Shown here in pieces: positions 50,682 through 60,686 of a DNA stretch of 64,000 bases; within the stretch, counting starts at the first letter, position 1; every line of letters starts with the position of its first letter. The notes beneath the pieces were generated by a model, which saw nothing but the letters and a program-made list of their open reading frames with translations, had not been told where the DNA came from and did not search any database. Source of the DNA: an uncultured Prevotella sp. (GTDB lineage: Bacteria > Bacteroidota > Bacteroidia > Bacteroidales > Bacteroidaceae); assembly GCA_944319815.1 (NCBI GenBank), contig CALUEX010000050.1, positions 13,372 through 77,371 of the forward strand. Direction: 5' to 3'. The position numbers and the translations under genes were made by a program.

Positions 50682-52067
50682 ATGTCTAAACAGAATACAC
50701 TGAAAGGGAGCTTTGCCCTATGCGGGAAAGGCTTGCATACGGGACTGAATTTAACCATTACTTTCAACCCCGCAGCGGAAAATACTGGATATAAGATACA
50801 ACGAATTGACTTGGACGGACAACCCGTAATCGACGCTATTGCCGAAAACGTGGTTGATACCCAACGCGGGACGGTCCTCGGGAAAGGAGACATAAAGGTA
50901 TCAACCGTTGAGCACGCACTCGCCGCATTGTACGCCCTCGGCATAGACAACTGTCTCATTCAAGTGAACGGGCCGGAGTTCCCGATACTTGACGGGTCGG
51001 CCGCTCAATACATCAACAAAATCAAGGAGATAGGCATTGAGGAACAAAATGCGCCGAAAGACTACTATATCATACGCAACAAAATAGAAGTCAAAGACCC
51101 TGAGACCGGTTCGTGCATAACGATTTTGCCCGACGAGGAATTTAGTCTCACGGCAATGTGCTCATTTGACTCAAAGTTCATAAACAGCCAGTTCGCAACA
51201 CTTGACCACATAGAGGACTTTGCGGACGAGATTGCCCCTGCACGTACATTCGTATTCGTAAGGGACATAGAGCCCTTGCTCAGGGCAAACTTGATAAAAG
51301 GTGGCGACATGGATAATGCCATAGTTATATACGAAAGGCAAATTTCACAAGAACAACTCGACAAACTGGCCGACTTCTTGAGCGTTCCTCGTCTCGATGC
51401 TACAAAACTGGGCTACATCCAGCACAAACCTTTGGTTTGGGAAAACGAATGTACGCGCCACAAGTTGCTCGACATAATAGGTGATATGGCCCTGATTGGC
51501 AAACCCATAAAAGGGCGCATCATTGCAACCAAACCTGGCCATACAATAAACAATAAGTTTGCCCGACTGATGCGTCGCGAAATACGCAAGCATGAAATTC
51601 AAGCACCAATATACAACTGCAACGAGGCACCGATAATGGATGTCAACCGCATACGTGAGCTCCTTCCACACCGTTACCCTATGCAGTTGGTAGACAAGGT
51701 CATCGCACTGGGCCCAAGCAGCATTGTCGGTGTAAAGAACGTGACCAGCAACGAGCCTTTCTTCCAAGGACATTTTCCACAAGAACCAGTCATGCCCGGC
51801 GTACTTCAGGTTGAAGCCATGGCACAATGCGGAGGCCTACTTGTGCTAAATACCGTAGAAGAACCTGAAAGGTGGTCTACATATTTCATGAAGATAGACA
51901 ACGTGAAATTCCGCCAGAAGGTCGTTCCTGGTGACACTTTACTATTCAAGGTAGACCTCCTCGCACCTGTACGCCATGGGGTGTCATCAATGAAAGGCTA
52001 TGTATTCGTTGGCGACAAGATTGTTTCCGAAGCTACATTCACGGCCCAAATAGTCAAGAACAAATAA
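50682..52067 (+). CDS. lpxC: Bifunctional LpxC/FabZ
   Basis: GKGLHTG, TVEHALAAL, HKLLDIIGD; C-terminal LPHRYPMQLVD, FQGHFPQEPVMPGVLQVEAMAQ. Confidence 0.96.
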   Translation: MSKQNTLKGSFALCGKGLHTGLNLTITFNPAAENTGYKIQRIDLDGQPVIDAIAENVVDTQRGTVLGKGDIKVSTVEHALAALYALGIDNCLIQVNGPEFPILDGSAAQYINKIKEIGIEEQNAPKDYYIIRNKIEVKDPETGSCITILPDEEFSLTAMCSFDSKFINSQFATLDHIEDFADEIAPARTFVFVRDIEPLLRANLIKGGDMDNAIVIYERQISQEQLDKLADFLSVPRLDATKLGYIQHKPLVWENECTRHKLLDIIGDMALIGKPIKGRIIATKPGHTINNKFARLMRREIRKHEIQAPIYNCNEAPIMDVNRIRELLPHRYPMQLVDKVIALGPSSIVGVKNVTSNEPFFQGHFPQEPVMPGVLQVEAMAQCGGLLVLNTVEEPERWSTYFMKIDNVKFRQKVVPGDTLLFKVDLLAPVRHGVSSMKGYVFVGDKIVSEATFTAQIVKNK

Positions 52068-52127
52068 CACCTATTTTAATATATAAGGGCAGACACACCA
52101 TCTGCCCTTATCAAATTTTGCATTAAT

Positions 52128-52898
52128 ATGAACCAAATCAGCCCACTTGCATACGTTCACCCTGAAGCGAAATTAGGTGACAACAATATTATCGGTCCTT
52201 TCTGTTACATTGATAAAAACACCATCATAGGAGACAATAACGTGTTCCAGAATAGCGTGACCATCAATTATGGCGCACGCATAGGCAATGGCAACGAGAT
52301 ATTCCCTGGTGCAAGTATCAGCACGAAGCCGCAAGACCTAAAGTTCAAAGGCGAAGACACTACGTGCGAAATAGGCGACAATAACAGCATTCGCGAATGT
52401 ACCACCATTTCAAGAGGAACAGCATCAAAGGGAACAACAATAGTAGGTTCAAACAACCTGATAATGGAGAATGTCCATATTGCCCATGACTGCATAGTCG
52501 GCAGTGATTGCATAATAGGAAATTCCACAAAATTTGCAGGTGAAGTAACCGTCGACGACCATGCCATTATTAGTGGTGCCGTGTTGTGCCATCAGTTCTG
52601 CCACATAGGCGGCTTTGTCATGATACAAGGAGGCTGCCGCTTCAGCCAAGACATACCGCCATTCATCATTGCCGGAAAGGAGCCTACGCGCTATTGCGGT
52701 ATCAACCTTGTGGGATTACGCCGCAGGGGGTTCAATAACGAACTGATTAACAACATCCATGAAGCATACCGCTTGCTTTATTCTAAAGGCGTACTGAAAG
52801 AAGGCATTGAGGAAATACGCAAAAATTTGCCCGCAAGCCAAGAGCTCAATTACATAATTGACTTTGTTGAAAACTCTAAAAGAGGCATCATAAGATAA
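52128..52898 (+). CDS. lpxA: Acyl-ACP--UDP-GlcNAc O-acyltransferase
   Basis: Hexapeptide repeats, [32 protein letters not shown]. Confidence 0.96.
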   Translation: MNQISPLAYVHPEAKLGDNNIIGPFCYIDKNTIIGDNNVFQNSVTINYGARIGNGNEIFPGASISTKPQDLKFKGEDTTCEIGDNNSIRECTTISRGTASKGTTIVGSNNLIMENVHIAHDCIVGSDCIIGNSTKFAGEVTVDDHAIISGAVLCHQFCHIGGFVMIQGGCRFSQDIPPFIIAGKEPTRYCGINLVGLRRRGFNNELINNIHEAYRLLYSKGVLKEGIEEIRKNLPASQELNYIIDFVENSKRGIIR

Positions 52899-52908
52899 AA
52901 TTCCCGTT

Positions 52909-53805
52909 ATGAAGACACTGATAGTCATCGTAGGACCTACGGGAGTCGGGAAAACATCTTTATGCTTAGATATTGCCGAAAGGCTTAATTCTGTCATCAT
53001 AAACGCTGATTCAAGACAGGTTTTCAAAGAAATACCAATCGGCACAGCAGCGCCAACAGATGACGAACAAAAAAGAGTCAAACATTTTTTCGTAGGGACG
53101 CTAAGCATCAATGATTACTACAATGCTTCAATGTTCGAAAATGACGTCATTGGCTTGTTGGACAAATTGTTTTTAAAAAAAGACAACGTTATAATGTCTG
53201 GCGGTAGTATGATGTACGTCGATGCCGTATGCAACGGCATCGACGACATTCCGTCCGTAGACGAGAAAATACGCCGGCAAGTTATATATATGTATGAAAC
53301 ACAGGGATTTGAAGTTATAAAAAGTGAACTAAAAAAACTTGACCCTGAATATTTCGATGTTGTTGACAAAAACAATCCCAAGCGTGTTATCCATGCTTTG
53401 GAGATATGCCTTTCAACGGGAAAAACATATACTTCTTTCAGGACATACAAAAAAAAGGAAAGACCTTTCAGGATAATGAAAATAGGTCTTTATCGCGAAA
53501 GGGCTGAGTTGTATTCAAGGATAGACCGGCGAGTGGACGAAATGATTGCCCAAGGGCTCGTTGAAGAAGCAAGAGCAATGTATCCGCATAGAACTTTAAA
53601 CTCACTTAACACCGTAGGATACAAAGAACTTTTTGATTATTTTGACGATAAATGTACGCTTGAAGATGCAGTATTTAAGATAAAATGCAACACACATAAA
53701 TACTGCCGCAAGCAACTTACCTGGTTTAAGCGAGACAAAGACATACGCTGGTTCTCGCCCGAAAATGTTGAAGAAATCATAAATTACATCAACAGTTTCA
53801 ATTAA
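52909..53805 (+). CDS. miaA: tRNA dimethylallyltransferase
   Basis: [43 protein letters not shown]. Confidence 0.96.
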   Translation: MKTLIVIVGPTGVGKTSLCLDIAERLNSVIINADSRQVFKEIPIGTAAPTDDEQKRVKHFFVGTLSINDYYNASMFENDVIGLLDKLFLKKDNVIMSGGSMMYVDAVCNGIDDIPSVDEKIRRQVIYMYETQGFEVIKSELKKLDPEYFDVVDKNNPKRVIHALEICLSTGKTYTSFRTYKKKERPFRIMKIGLYRERAELYSRIDRRVDEMIAQGLVEEARAMYPHRTLNSLNTVGYKELFDYFDDKCTLEDAVFKIKCNTHKYCRKQLTWFKRDKDIRWFSPENVEEIINYINSFN

Positions 53806-53851
53806 AATGTAGCTTTTTCATTACATTTGCACATAAAATTACATTCTTATT

Positions 53852-56383
53852 ATGTTCAAAAAAATCAAAGACTCATACATCGATAGATTTTTAAATTGGT
53901 GTCTGCGCAAGATAAAGGCTTTTTGGCATTGGTACAAAGGATTGTACATCGGCAGCAAGTGGTACAAAAAAACACTCGTTGCCATCGTTTCACTAATCGT
54001 GGCTTTCTTCGTATATTTAGGCATGGTTGACATCAACTTCCTGTGGTTGTTCGGCAAGTCTCCAGGCTTCTCTCAAATAAAGAAACCGACCACAAGCGAA
54101 GCGTCCGAGATATACAGTGCTGACGGTGTAATGATTGGCAAGTATTTCAGCGAGAACCGAACTCCCGTAAAATACGAAGAAGTCAACCCCGTATTCTGGA
54201 AAGCATTGATTGACACTGAGGATGAACGTTTCTACAAGCACCGCGGTGTTGACCCTATAGGAATGTTTGCCGTACTGAAAGACGTTATTGTCAGCCATGA
54301 AGCACGCGGAGCGTCAACAATCACACAACAGCTGGCAAAAAATATGTTTCGAGTCAGGACACAATATTCCACTGGACTGTTGGGGAAAATACCTGGGGTA
54401 CGCATTCTCATAATGAAAAGCAAGGAATGGATTATTGCGACAAAACTCGAGATGCTGTATGACAAGCAGGACATTTTAACGATGTATGCCAACACTGTTG
54501 ACTTTGGCTCAAACGCATACGGCATAAAAACAGCCTGCAAGACATACTTCAACACAACCCCAGCTGAAATGACAGCCGAACAGGCTGCAGTGCTTGTCGG
54601 TATGCTTAAAGCGACGACTTATTACAACCCAATATCCCATCCGGATAACAGTTTGCAACGCCGTAATACGGTGTTGCATAACATGATGACCCATAATGAC
54701 TTGACGCGAGCCGAATTCGACTCCATCAGTGCCATACCTATAAAACTCAACTACAATGTCGAAAGTAACTATGACGGACAAGCGAAATATTTTCGTGAGG
54801 CTGTAGCCGACTACCTGAAAGACTGGTGTGACGAAAACGGTTATGACCTTTACAGCAGCGGACTGAAAATCTATACTACCATTGACACACGTATGCAAAA
54901 ATACGCTGAAGAAGCTGCAAGGAAACAGATGAGGCAAGTGCAACGCAACTTCGACAGGCATTGGAGCGGACAAGACCCTTGGCGCGACGAGAACCACCAA
55001 GTAATACCACATTTCATCGAGGATATAGCAAAAAGGCAACCTTCATATAAGATGTTGTTGCAAAAATTCCCGAACAACCCCGACTCAATAACATACTACC
55101 TCAACAAGCCACACAAGGTAAAGGTATTCGACTATGAGAAAGGTACCATAGAAAAGGAAATGAGCACGATGGACTCCATACGTTATATGGTGAAGTTCAT
55201 GCACTGCTCGTTCGTCGCGATGGAACCACAAACGGGTGAAGTCAAGGCTTGGGTTGGTGACATTGATTTCAACTCATGGAAATACGATAAGGTAACAGCC
55301 ATGCGCCAGCCTGGCTCTACCTTCAAGCTCTTTGTCTATACAGAAGCCATGAACCAAGGCCTCACGCCATGCGACAAACGGCGTGACGAATACATACGCA
55401 TGGAAGTGTACGACAAGCGTAAGCACGAAATGACCACATGGACGCCAACCAACGCCAACGGAAGTTTCTCGGGTGACTCTATTCCACTTAAAGGAGCATT
55501 TGCGAGGAGCATCAACTCCGTAGCCGTAAGACTTGGACAGGAAATGGGCATTAAAAATATAGCCAAGACCGCGCACGATATGGGCATTAACAGTCCACTC
55601 GACGAACAACCTTCATTAGCATTAGGGTCTTCTGACGTCAACCTGCTCGAAATGGTAAATGCCTACTGCACCGTAGCCAACGACGGCAAGCACGTTGCCC
55701 CTGTACTCGTGACAAGGATTGTTGACAAAGACGGCAACGAAGTATATAAAAGTCCTACGGAAGAAAAACAGGTTATCCCCTACAAGAGCGCATTCTTCAT
55801 GCAGCAACTCCTGATGGGCGGAATGCGTGAACCCGGCGGTACGTCACAAAGCCTGTGGGGCTACGTCAGCGGTGCAAAAGACACAGACTTCGGAGGCAAG
55901 ACCGGAACATCAAACAACCACTCTGACGCTTGGTTTATGGGCGTAAGCCCCAACATCGTTGTTGGTGCCTGGGTTGGTGGTGAATACCGTAGCATACACT
56001 TCCGTACCGGAGCGTTGGGCCAAGGTAGCCGCACCGCCTTGCCTATCTGCGGATATTTCCTGAAATCCCTGATGGATGACCAGCAATTCAAGAAATACCA
56101 CGGACGCTTCAACAAGCCTGAAGACGACGACATAACTCGCAGTATGTATATGTGCGACAGCTATTACCCTGCCAAAAAAGACACCGCGCTTGTTGACAGC
56201 ACCGCGCTTGCAGGCGACTCAATCATCGTCATGGGCGAAGACGGCATCCCCGTAAAGGTGCCCAAGCCGGCAGAGCAAAGCGCAGAAGATGGCGGAAAAC
56301 AGAAATCCACGGAAAATCCCGATAACAAACATAAAAAAGAGCACAAGCCTCACGAAGAAGTAATAAGGTTTGAAGACCTGTAA
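53852..56383 (+). CDS. Class A penicillin-binding protein (PBP1A-like)
   Basis: EDERFYKH, GASTITQQLAKN transglycosylase; RQPGSTFK (SxxK), SIN, GKTGT transpeptidase motifs. Confidence 0.93.
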   Translation: MFKKIKDSYIDRFLNWCLRKIKAFWHWYKGLYIGSKWYKKTLVAIVSLIVAFFVYLGMVDINFLWLFGKSPGFSQIKKPTTSEASEIYSADGVMIGKYFSENRTPVKYEEVNPVFWKALIDTEDERFYKHRGVDPIGMFAVLKDVIVSHEARGASTITQQLAKNMFRVRTQYSTGLLGKIPGVRILIMKSKEWIIATKLEMLYDKQDILTMYANTVDFGSNAYGIKTACKTYFNTTPAEMTAEQAAVLVGMLKATTYYNPISHPDNSLQRRNTVLHNMMTHNDLTRAEFDSISAIPIKLNYNVESNYDGQAKYFREAVADYLKDWCDENGYDLYSSGLKIYTTIDTRMQKYAEEAARKQMRQVQRNFDRHWSGQDPWRDENHQVIPHFIEDIAKRQPSYKMLLQKFPNNPDSITYYLNKPHKVKVFDYEKGTIEKEMSTMDSIRYMVKFMHCSFVAMEPQTGEVKAWVGDIDFNSWKYDKVTAMRQPGSTFKLFVYTEAMNQGLTPCDKRRDEYIRMEVYDKRKHEMTTWTPTNANGSFSGDSIPLKGAFARSINSVAVRLGQEMGIKNIAKTAHDMGINSPLDEQPSLALGSSDVNLLEMVNAYCTVANDGKHVAPVLVTRIVDKDGNEVYKSPTEEKQVIPYKSAFFMQQLLMGGMREPGGTSQSLWGYVSGAKDTDFGGKTGTSNNHSDAWFMGVSPNIVVGAWVGGEYRSIHFRTGALGQGSRTALPICGYFLKSLMDDQQFKKYHGRFNKPEDDDITRSMYMCDSYYPAKKDTALVDSTALAGDSIIVMGEDGIPVKVPKPAEQSAEDGGKQKSTENPDNKHKKEHKPHEEVIRFEDL

Positions 56384-56529
56384 CTTTAGTGAAGGACGAA
56401 GAGTGAAGAATGAAGATTTAAATCCACACGTTGATTAAAGACCTTCTTTCTTCACTCTTATTAATTGTTATTGGGCTCTCCCCTATTACCCCGTTTTTTA
56501 ATCTTCACCCTTAATTCTTAATTCTCAAA

Positions 56530-58251
56530 GTGCTCGACCTCGACAACAAGGAGCTTCAACAAGCACTCCAAATCATACAGTACACCCGCCGTTCGCTTTT
56601 CCTAACGGGAAAAGCCGGCACCGGTAAGTCTACATTCCTGAGGTATATCTGCGCCAACACAAAGAAAAAGCACGTTATCCTCGCCCCGACTGGCATAGCC
56701 GCCATCAACGCCGGAGGCTCCACCTTGCACAGCTTTTTCAAGCTCCCCTTCCATCCGTTGTTGCCAAACGACACCCGATATTCGGCACGCAACATCCGCA
56801 ACACATTGAAATACACTTCGGAGAAAAGGAAAATCCTGCGTGAAGTCGAACTGATTGTGATTGACGAAATCAGCATGGTGCGAGCCGACATAATAGACTT
56901 CATCGACAAGGTGCTGCGCATATACTCACGCAATATGCGTGAGCCGTTCGGTGGCAAGCAACTCCTGCTTGTCGGCGACATATACCAGCTTGAGCCCGTC
57001 GTTAAGGAAGACGAGCGCAAGATGCTCCACCCATTCTACCCTACTTGCTTCTTCTTCGGTGCCCACGTATGGCGCGAGATGAGTCTCGTCAGCATAGAGC
57101 TGCACAAGGTATACCGCCAAAATGACCCGACGTTCATCGGCATACTCGACCACATACGCACGGGCAACGCCGGCAATGCCGACCTGCAGCTGCTCAACAG
57201 TCGCGTTAGCCAGCCCCTCGACACCACGGGTAACAGCCTTGCCATAACACTCTCTACCCGTCGCGATTCGGTAGACTACATCAACGAACAACAGCTTGAA
57301 CAGCTGCCAGGTGAGGCCGTAACGTTCCACGGCGAGGTGAAAGGCGAGTTTCCCGAAAGCAGCCTGCCCTCGCCCGCCGAACTTGAAGTGAAGCCCGGGG
57401 CACAAGTAATCTTCATCAAGAACGACATAGACCGCCGGTGGGTCAACGGCACACTTGGCGTAATCGAGGGCATCGACGAAGGCGAAGGCGTAATCTACAT
57501 CGTAACCGAAGACGGCAACGAATACGACGTGCGCCGCGAACGATGGAGCAATATGCGCTATACGTTCAACGAGAAGGAAAAGAAAATCGACGAGGAAGAA
57601 ATCGGCAGCTACGTGCAGTTCCCCATCCGCCTGGCCTGGGCCATAACCGTACACAAGAGCCAGGGGCTGACATTCCGCCAGGTCAACATCGACTTCACGG
57701 GCGGCGTGTTCGCCGGTGGCCAAGCCTACGTTGCACTGTCACGCTGCACCTCGCTTGACGGCATCAGCCTTGCAACGCCAATACGCCGTGAAGACGTGTT
57801 CGTGCGCGGCGAAATCACGCAGTTCGCCAAGACGTACAATGACAACACACTCATCAACGGTGCACTCCGCGAGTCGGCTGCCGACAAGGAATACCACGAT
57901 GCCATGCAAGCCTTCGACCGCGGCGACTTCAATGCCTTCCTAACGTCGTTCTTCCGTGCAATCCATCACCGTTACGACATAGAGAAGCCTACGGCCAAAC
58001 GCCTCATCCGCCGCAAGCTCGGCATAATAAACACCCTGCGTGCCGAGAACGAACAGCTAAAGAAAGAGCGCGAAAAACAACTCAAATTCCTCAAGCGCCT
58101 TGCAGCCGAATACACCATTCTCGGCAAGGAATGCGAACGCGAGCACATGGCAGAGGCCGCAGCTGCCAACTACCGCAAGGCCCTCGAACTGTATCCTGAT
58201 GCCAAGGAAGCCGAAAGACGGCTGAAGAAAATCGAGAAGTCGAAGTCATGA
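56530..58251 (+). CDS. PIF1/RecD-like SF1B helicase with C-terminal TPR-like region
   Basis: TGKAGTGKST, LAPTGIAA, IVIDEISM, PFGG.QL..VGD.YQL, QFPIRLAWAITVHKSQG; GTG start. Confidence 0.88.
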   Translation: MLDLDNKELQQALQIIQYTRRSLFLTGKAGTGKSTFLRYICANTKKKHVILAPTGIAAINAGGSTLHSFFKLPFHPLLPNDTRYSARNIRNTLKYTSEKRKILREVELIVIDEISMVRADIIDFIDKVLRIYSRNMREPFGGKQLLLVGDIYQLEPVVKEDERKMLHPFYPTCFFFGAHVWREMSLVSIELHKVYRQNDPTFIGILDHIRTGNAGNADLQLLNSRVSQPLDTTGNSLAITLSTRRDSVDYINEQQLEQLPGEAVTFHGEVKGEFPESSLPSPAELEVKPGAQVIFIKNDIDRRWVNGTLGVIEGIDEGEGVIYIVTEDGNEYDVRRERWSNMRYTFNEKEKKIDEEEIGSYVQFPIRLAWAITVHKSQGLTFRQVNIDFTGGVFAGGQAYVALSRCTSLDGISLATPIRREDVFVRGEITQFAKTYNDNTLINGALRESAADKEYHDAMQAFDRGDFNAFLTSFFRAIHHRYDIEKPTAKRLIRRKLGIINTLRAENEQLKKEREKQLKFLKRLAAEYTILGKECEREHMAEAAAANYRKALELYPDAKEAERRLKKIEKSKS

Positions 58252-58623
58252 CGGCCAAACTAATTTACCATGTAATCTACAATAAAAAGCCAAAGAAATC
58301 ACATTCAAACGGTTTCCAAATAAATTCTTTATTTCCCCTTTTTGCCATTCATTCTCCCAAACGTCACCTTTTACGTTGCAAAAGGTGGCAAACAACACGA
58401 TGATATGTGGCTTTTTGCAACGCGAAAAGCCACATATTGCAATGCACACTGAAATGATGGGGGTAAATACGATTAGCCATTTGCAGAGTTTTTTCGATGA
58501 TTTTTGTACAATAACCAGCCACATAACTGGGTAGGAAATGAAAAAATCATTATTTTTGCATTGCATAATCCTGCCGCAAAAGCGGTTGACAACCACGATT
58601 AATCGAAATAACATACTATCCAA

Positions 58624-60672
58624 ATGATAAAAGACATCATTCATAATAACGAAGGCATGACGCCCATAGACCACGAGCTTGACATTCTTCGCACGACCTT
58701 CCCTGCATGTTTTCATACAGACGGCAGCTTCGACTTCACACGTTTCAAAGAGTACCTTAACGACAAGATGAATGTTGTAAACGAGGGTTACGGCCTACAT
58801 TTCCTTGGGAAAAACTATGCACGGCTGTTGGCCTCGCTTGAGACTACGACTGTTGTCGTACCTGACGAGGAGCACAATGACCTGCCCGAAAACCGCGACA
58901 GCCATAACATATACATAAGTGGCGACAACCTTGACGCATTGAAGCATCTGCTGCATTCGTATGAAGGGAGCATAAAGTGCATCTACATAGACCCACCGTA
59001 CAATACTGGTACAGACGGTTTTGTATATAACGACAACTTCAAGTTTACGCCTGAAAACTTGTCAGAGAGACTAAGCATTGGCGAAGATGAGGCCGCACGC
59101 ATACTCGACATGACACGCCGCGGCGCTGCGTCGCATTCAGCTTGGCTCACATTCATGCTGCCACGCCTCGAACTCGCACGCGACCTGTTGTCTGACGATG
59201 GCGTGATTTTCATTTCAATAGACGACAACGAACAGGCCAACCTGAAACTTCTGTGTGATGAGGTGTTCGGAGAGGAGAACTTCATGGCACAAATCATCGT
59301 ACAGTCAAACAAACGTGGGCAGACATATAAACAGTTATCAAAGACGCACGAATATTTACTGGTTTATGTAAGAAGTGAAAAAACCGTTATAAATGAACTT
59401 ATAAAAGATATTGATGGTATCATAAGAAAAGATGACATAGGGGAATTTACAGAAAGAGAACTAAGAAATCGCAACCCTAAGTATGGGCGTTTTAATCGTC
59501 CTAATTTATTCTATCCAATTTATGTAAATCCAACCAAAATAGATGCGAACGGATATTCTCCAGTTTCTGACAAGAAGTTTGATGGATGGATTGAAGTCTT
59601 ACCATACAATAGCATTGAAGAAGAAAGTTGTTGGCGTTGGGGAAGAAAAAAGCTCAACGACAACAACTCTGATAGCTCCATGTCAAGCAATGTTGTCGCA
59701 AGGAAGAAATCAAATGGCAATTATGGAATATACGAAAAATATCGTAAAAAAACATATAAGGCAAAGACTATTTGGTTTGATGGACTTGAAATGTTGGACG
59801 CGGATGATGATGAACTACTTATATGGGATGAAACTCAAGTGATAACAGAACAGGGAACAACTGAATTGAGAAAATATGGAATGGGAGATGTTTTTGATTT
59901 CCCCAAACCTTCATACCTAATTAAGAAGGTGCTTGCACTTGGTTCCAACACAGACTCAATATGTTTGGATTTCTTTTCAGGCTCAGCAACATCCGCTGAT
60001 GCGGTTTTTCAATTAAATGCAGAAAAGGGAGAACGCAAGTTTATACTTGTTCAACTACCGGAAGACATGGATTTAAAATTATCGTATTCCGCAAAAAGCG
60101 ACAAACAAAAAATCCAGAATATCATTGATTTCTTGGATAATAACAATCATCCACATACATTAGATTTTATTGGCATCGAACGCATAAAGCGTGCAGCCAA
60201 GAAAATAAAAAAAGAAAATCCTCTATTCCATGGCGACCTTGGCTTCAAGCATTACACCCTGAAAGAACCTGAAAGCAAGCTGATAGACCAGATTGAGGAT
60301 TTTGACACGACAACCAACGATACGTTCTTGATTGATACGTTGCTCAACGAGTTCGGCACAGCTACGGTACTTGCCACATGGCTTGTACGCGACGGCTATG
60401 GGCTGACGGACAAAGCCGAGGAACTTGACCTTGCCGGCTATAAAGCATATTATAAAGACAGACATCTGTACCTGCTCCACTCCGGCCTCTCCGATGCTGC
60501 TGTTGACGCACTCGTGACAAAGTATGAGAGCGACAAGGACTTCAACCCGCTTAACGTTGTAATATTCGGGTATTCGTTCAACTGGACCGAGATGGAGACA
60601 CTAAAAGTCAACCTGAGACGCCTACAGGCTACCGAAAAAAACCTGCGGCTGAACTTTGACGTGCGTTATTGA
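58624..60672 (+). CDS. mod: Type III restriction-modification methyltransferase (m6A, beta class)
   Basis: SGDNLDALKHL, IYIDPPYNTG, ISIDDNE, FPKP, DFFSGSAT; adjacent to res. Confidence 0.93.
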   Translation: MIKDIIHNNEGMTPIDHELDILRTTFPACFHTDGSFDFTRFKEYLNDKMNVVNEGYGLHFLGKNYARLLASLETTTVVVPDEEHNDLPENRDSHNIYISGDNLDALKHLLHSYEGSIKCIYIDPPYNTGTDGFVYNDNFKFTPENLSERLSIGEDEAARILDMTRRGAASHSAWLTFMLPRLELARDLLSDDGVIFISIDDNEQANLKLLCDEVFGEENFMAQIIVQSNKRGQTYKQLSKTHEYLLVYVRSEKTVINELIKDIDGIIRKDDIGEFTERELRNRNPKYGRFNRPNLFYPIYVNPTKIDANGYSPVSDKKFDGWIEVLPYNSIEEESCWRWGRKKLNDNNSDSSMSSNVVARKKSNGNYGIYEKYRKKTYKAKTIWFDGLEMLDADDDELLIWDETQVITEQGTTELRKYGMGDVFDFPKPSYLIKKVLALGSNTDSICLDFFSGSATSADAVFQLNAEKGERKFILVQLPEDMDLKLSYSAKSDKQKIQNIIDFLDNNNHPHTLDFIGIERIKRAAKKIKKENPLFHGDLGFKHYTLKEPESKLIDQIEDFDTTTNDTFLIDTLLNEFGTATVLATWLVRDGYGLTDKAEELDLAGYKAYYKDRHLYLLHSGLSDAAVDALVTKYESDKDFNPLNVVIFGYSFNWTEMETLKVNLRRLQATEKNLRLNFDVRY

Positions 60673-60686
60673 CAAAAAGAGCAACA

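Noticed and set aside
50682-52067. LpxC-FabZ fusion as a novelty
   Set aside because: Standard arrangement in Bacteroidota
58246-58716. 156-aa minus-strand ORF (also 16463-16708)
   Set aside because: Translates intergenic palindromic repeats and promoter sequence, overlaps the mod start, and has atypical composition
58560-58900. Phase-variable (phasevarion) simple-sequence repeat in mod
   Set aside because: No tandem SSR or long homopolymer was seen in the promoter or 5' coding region, and the ORF is intact
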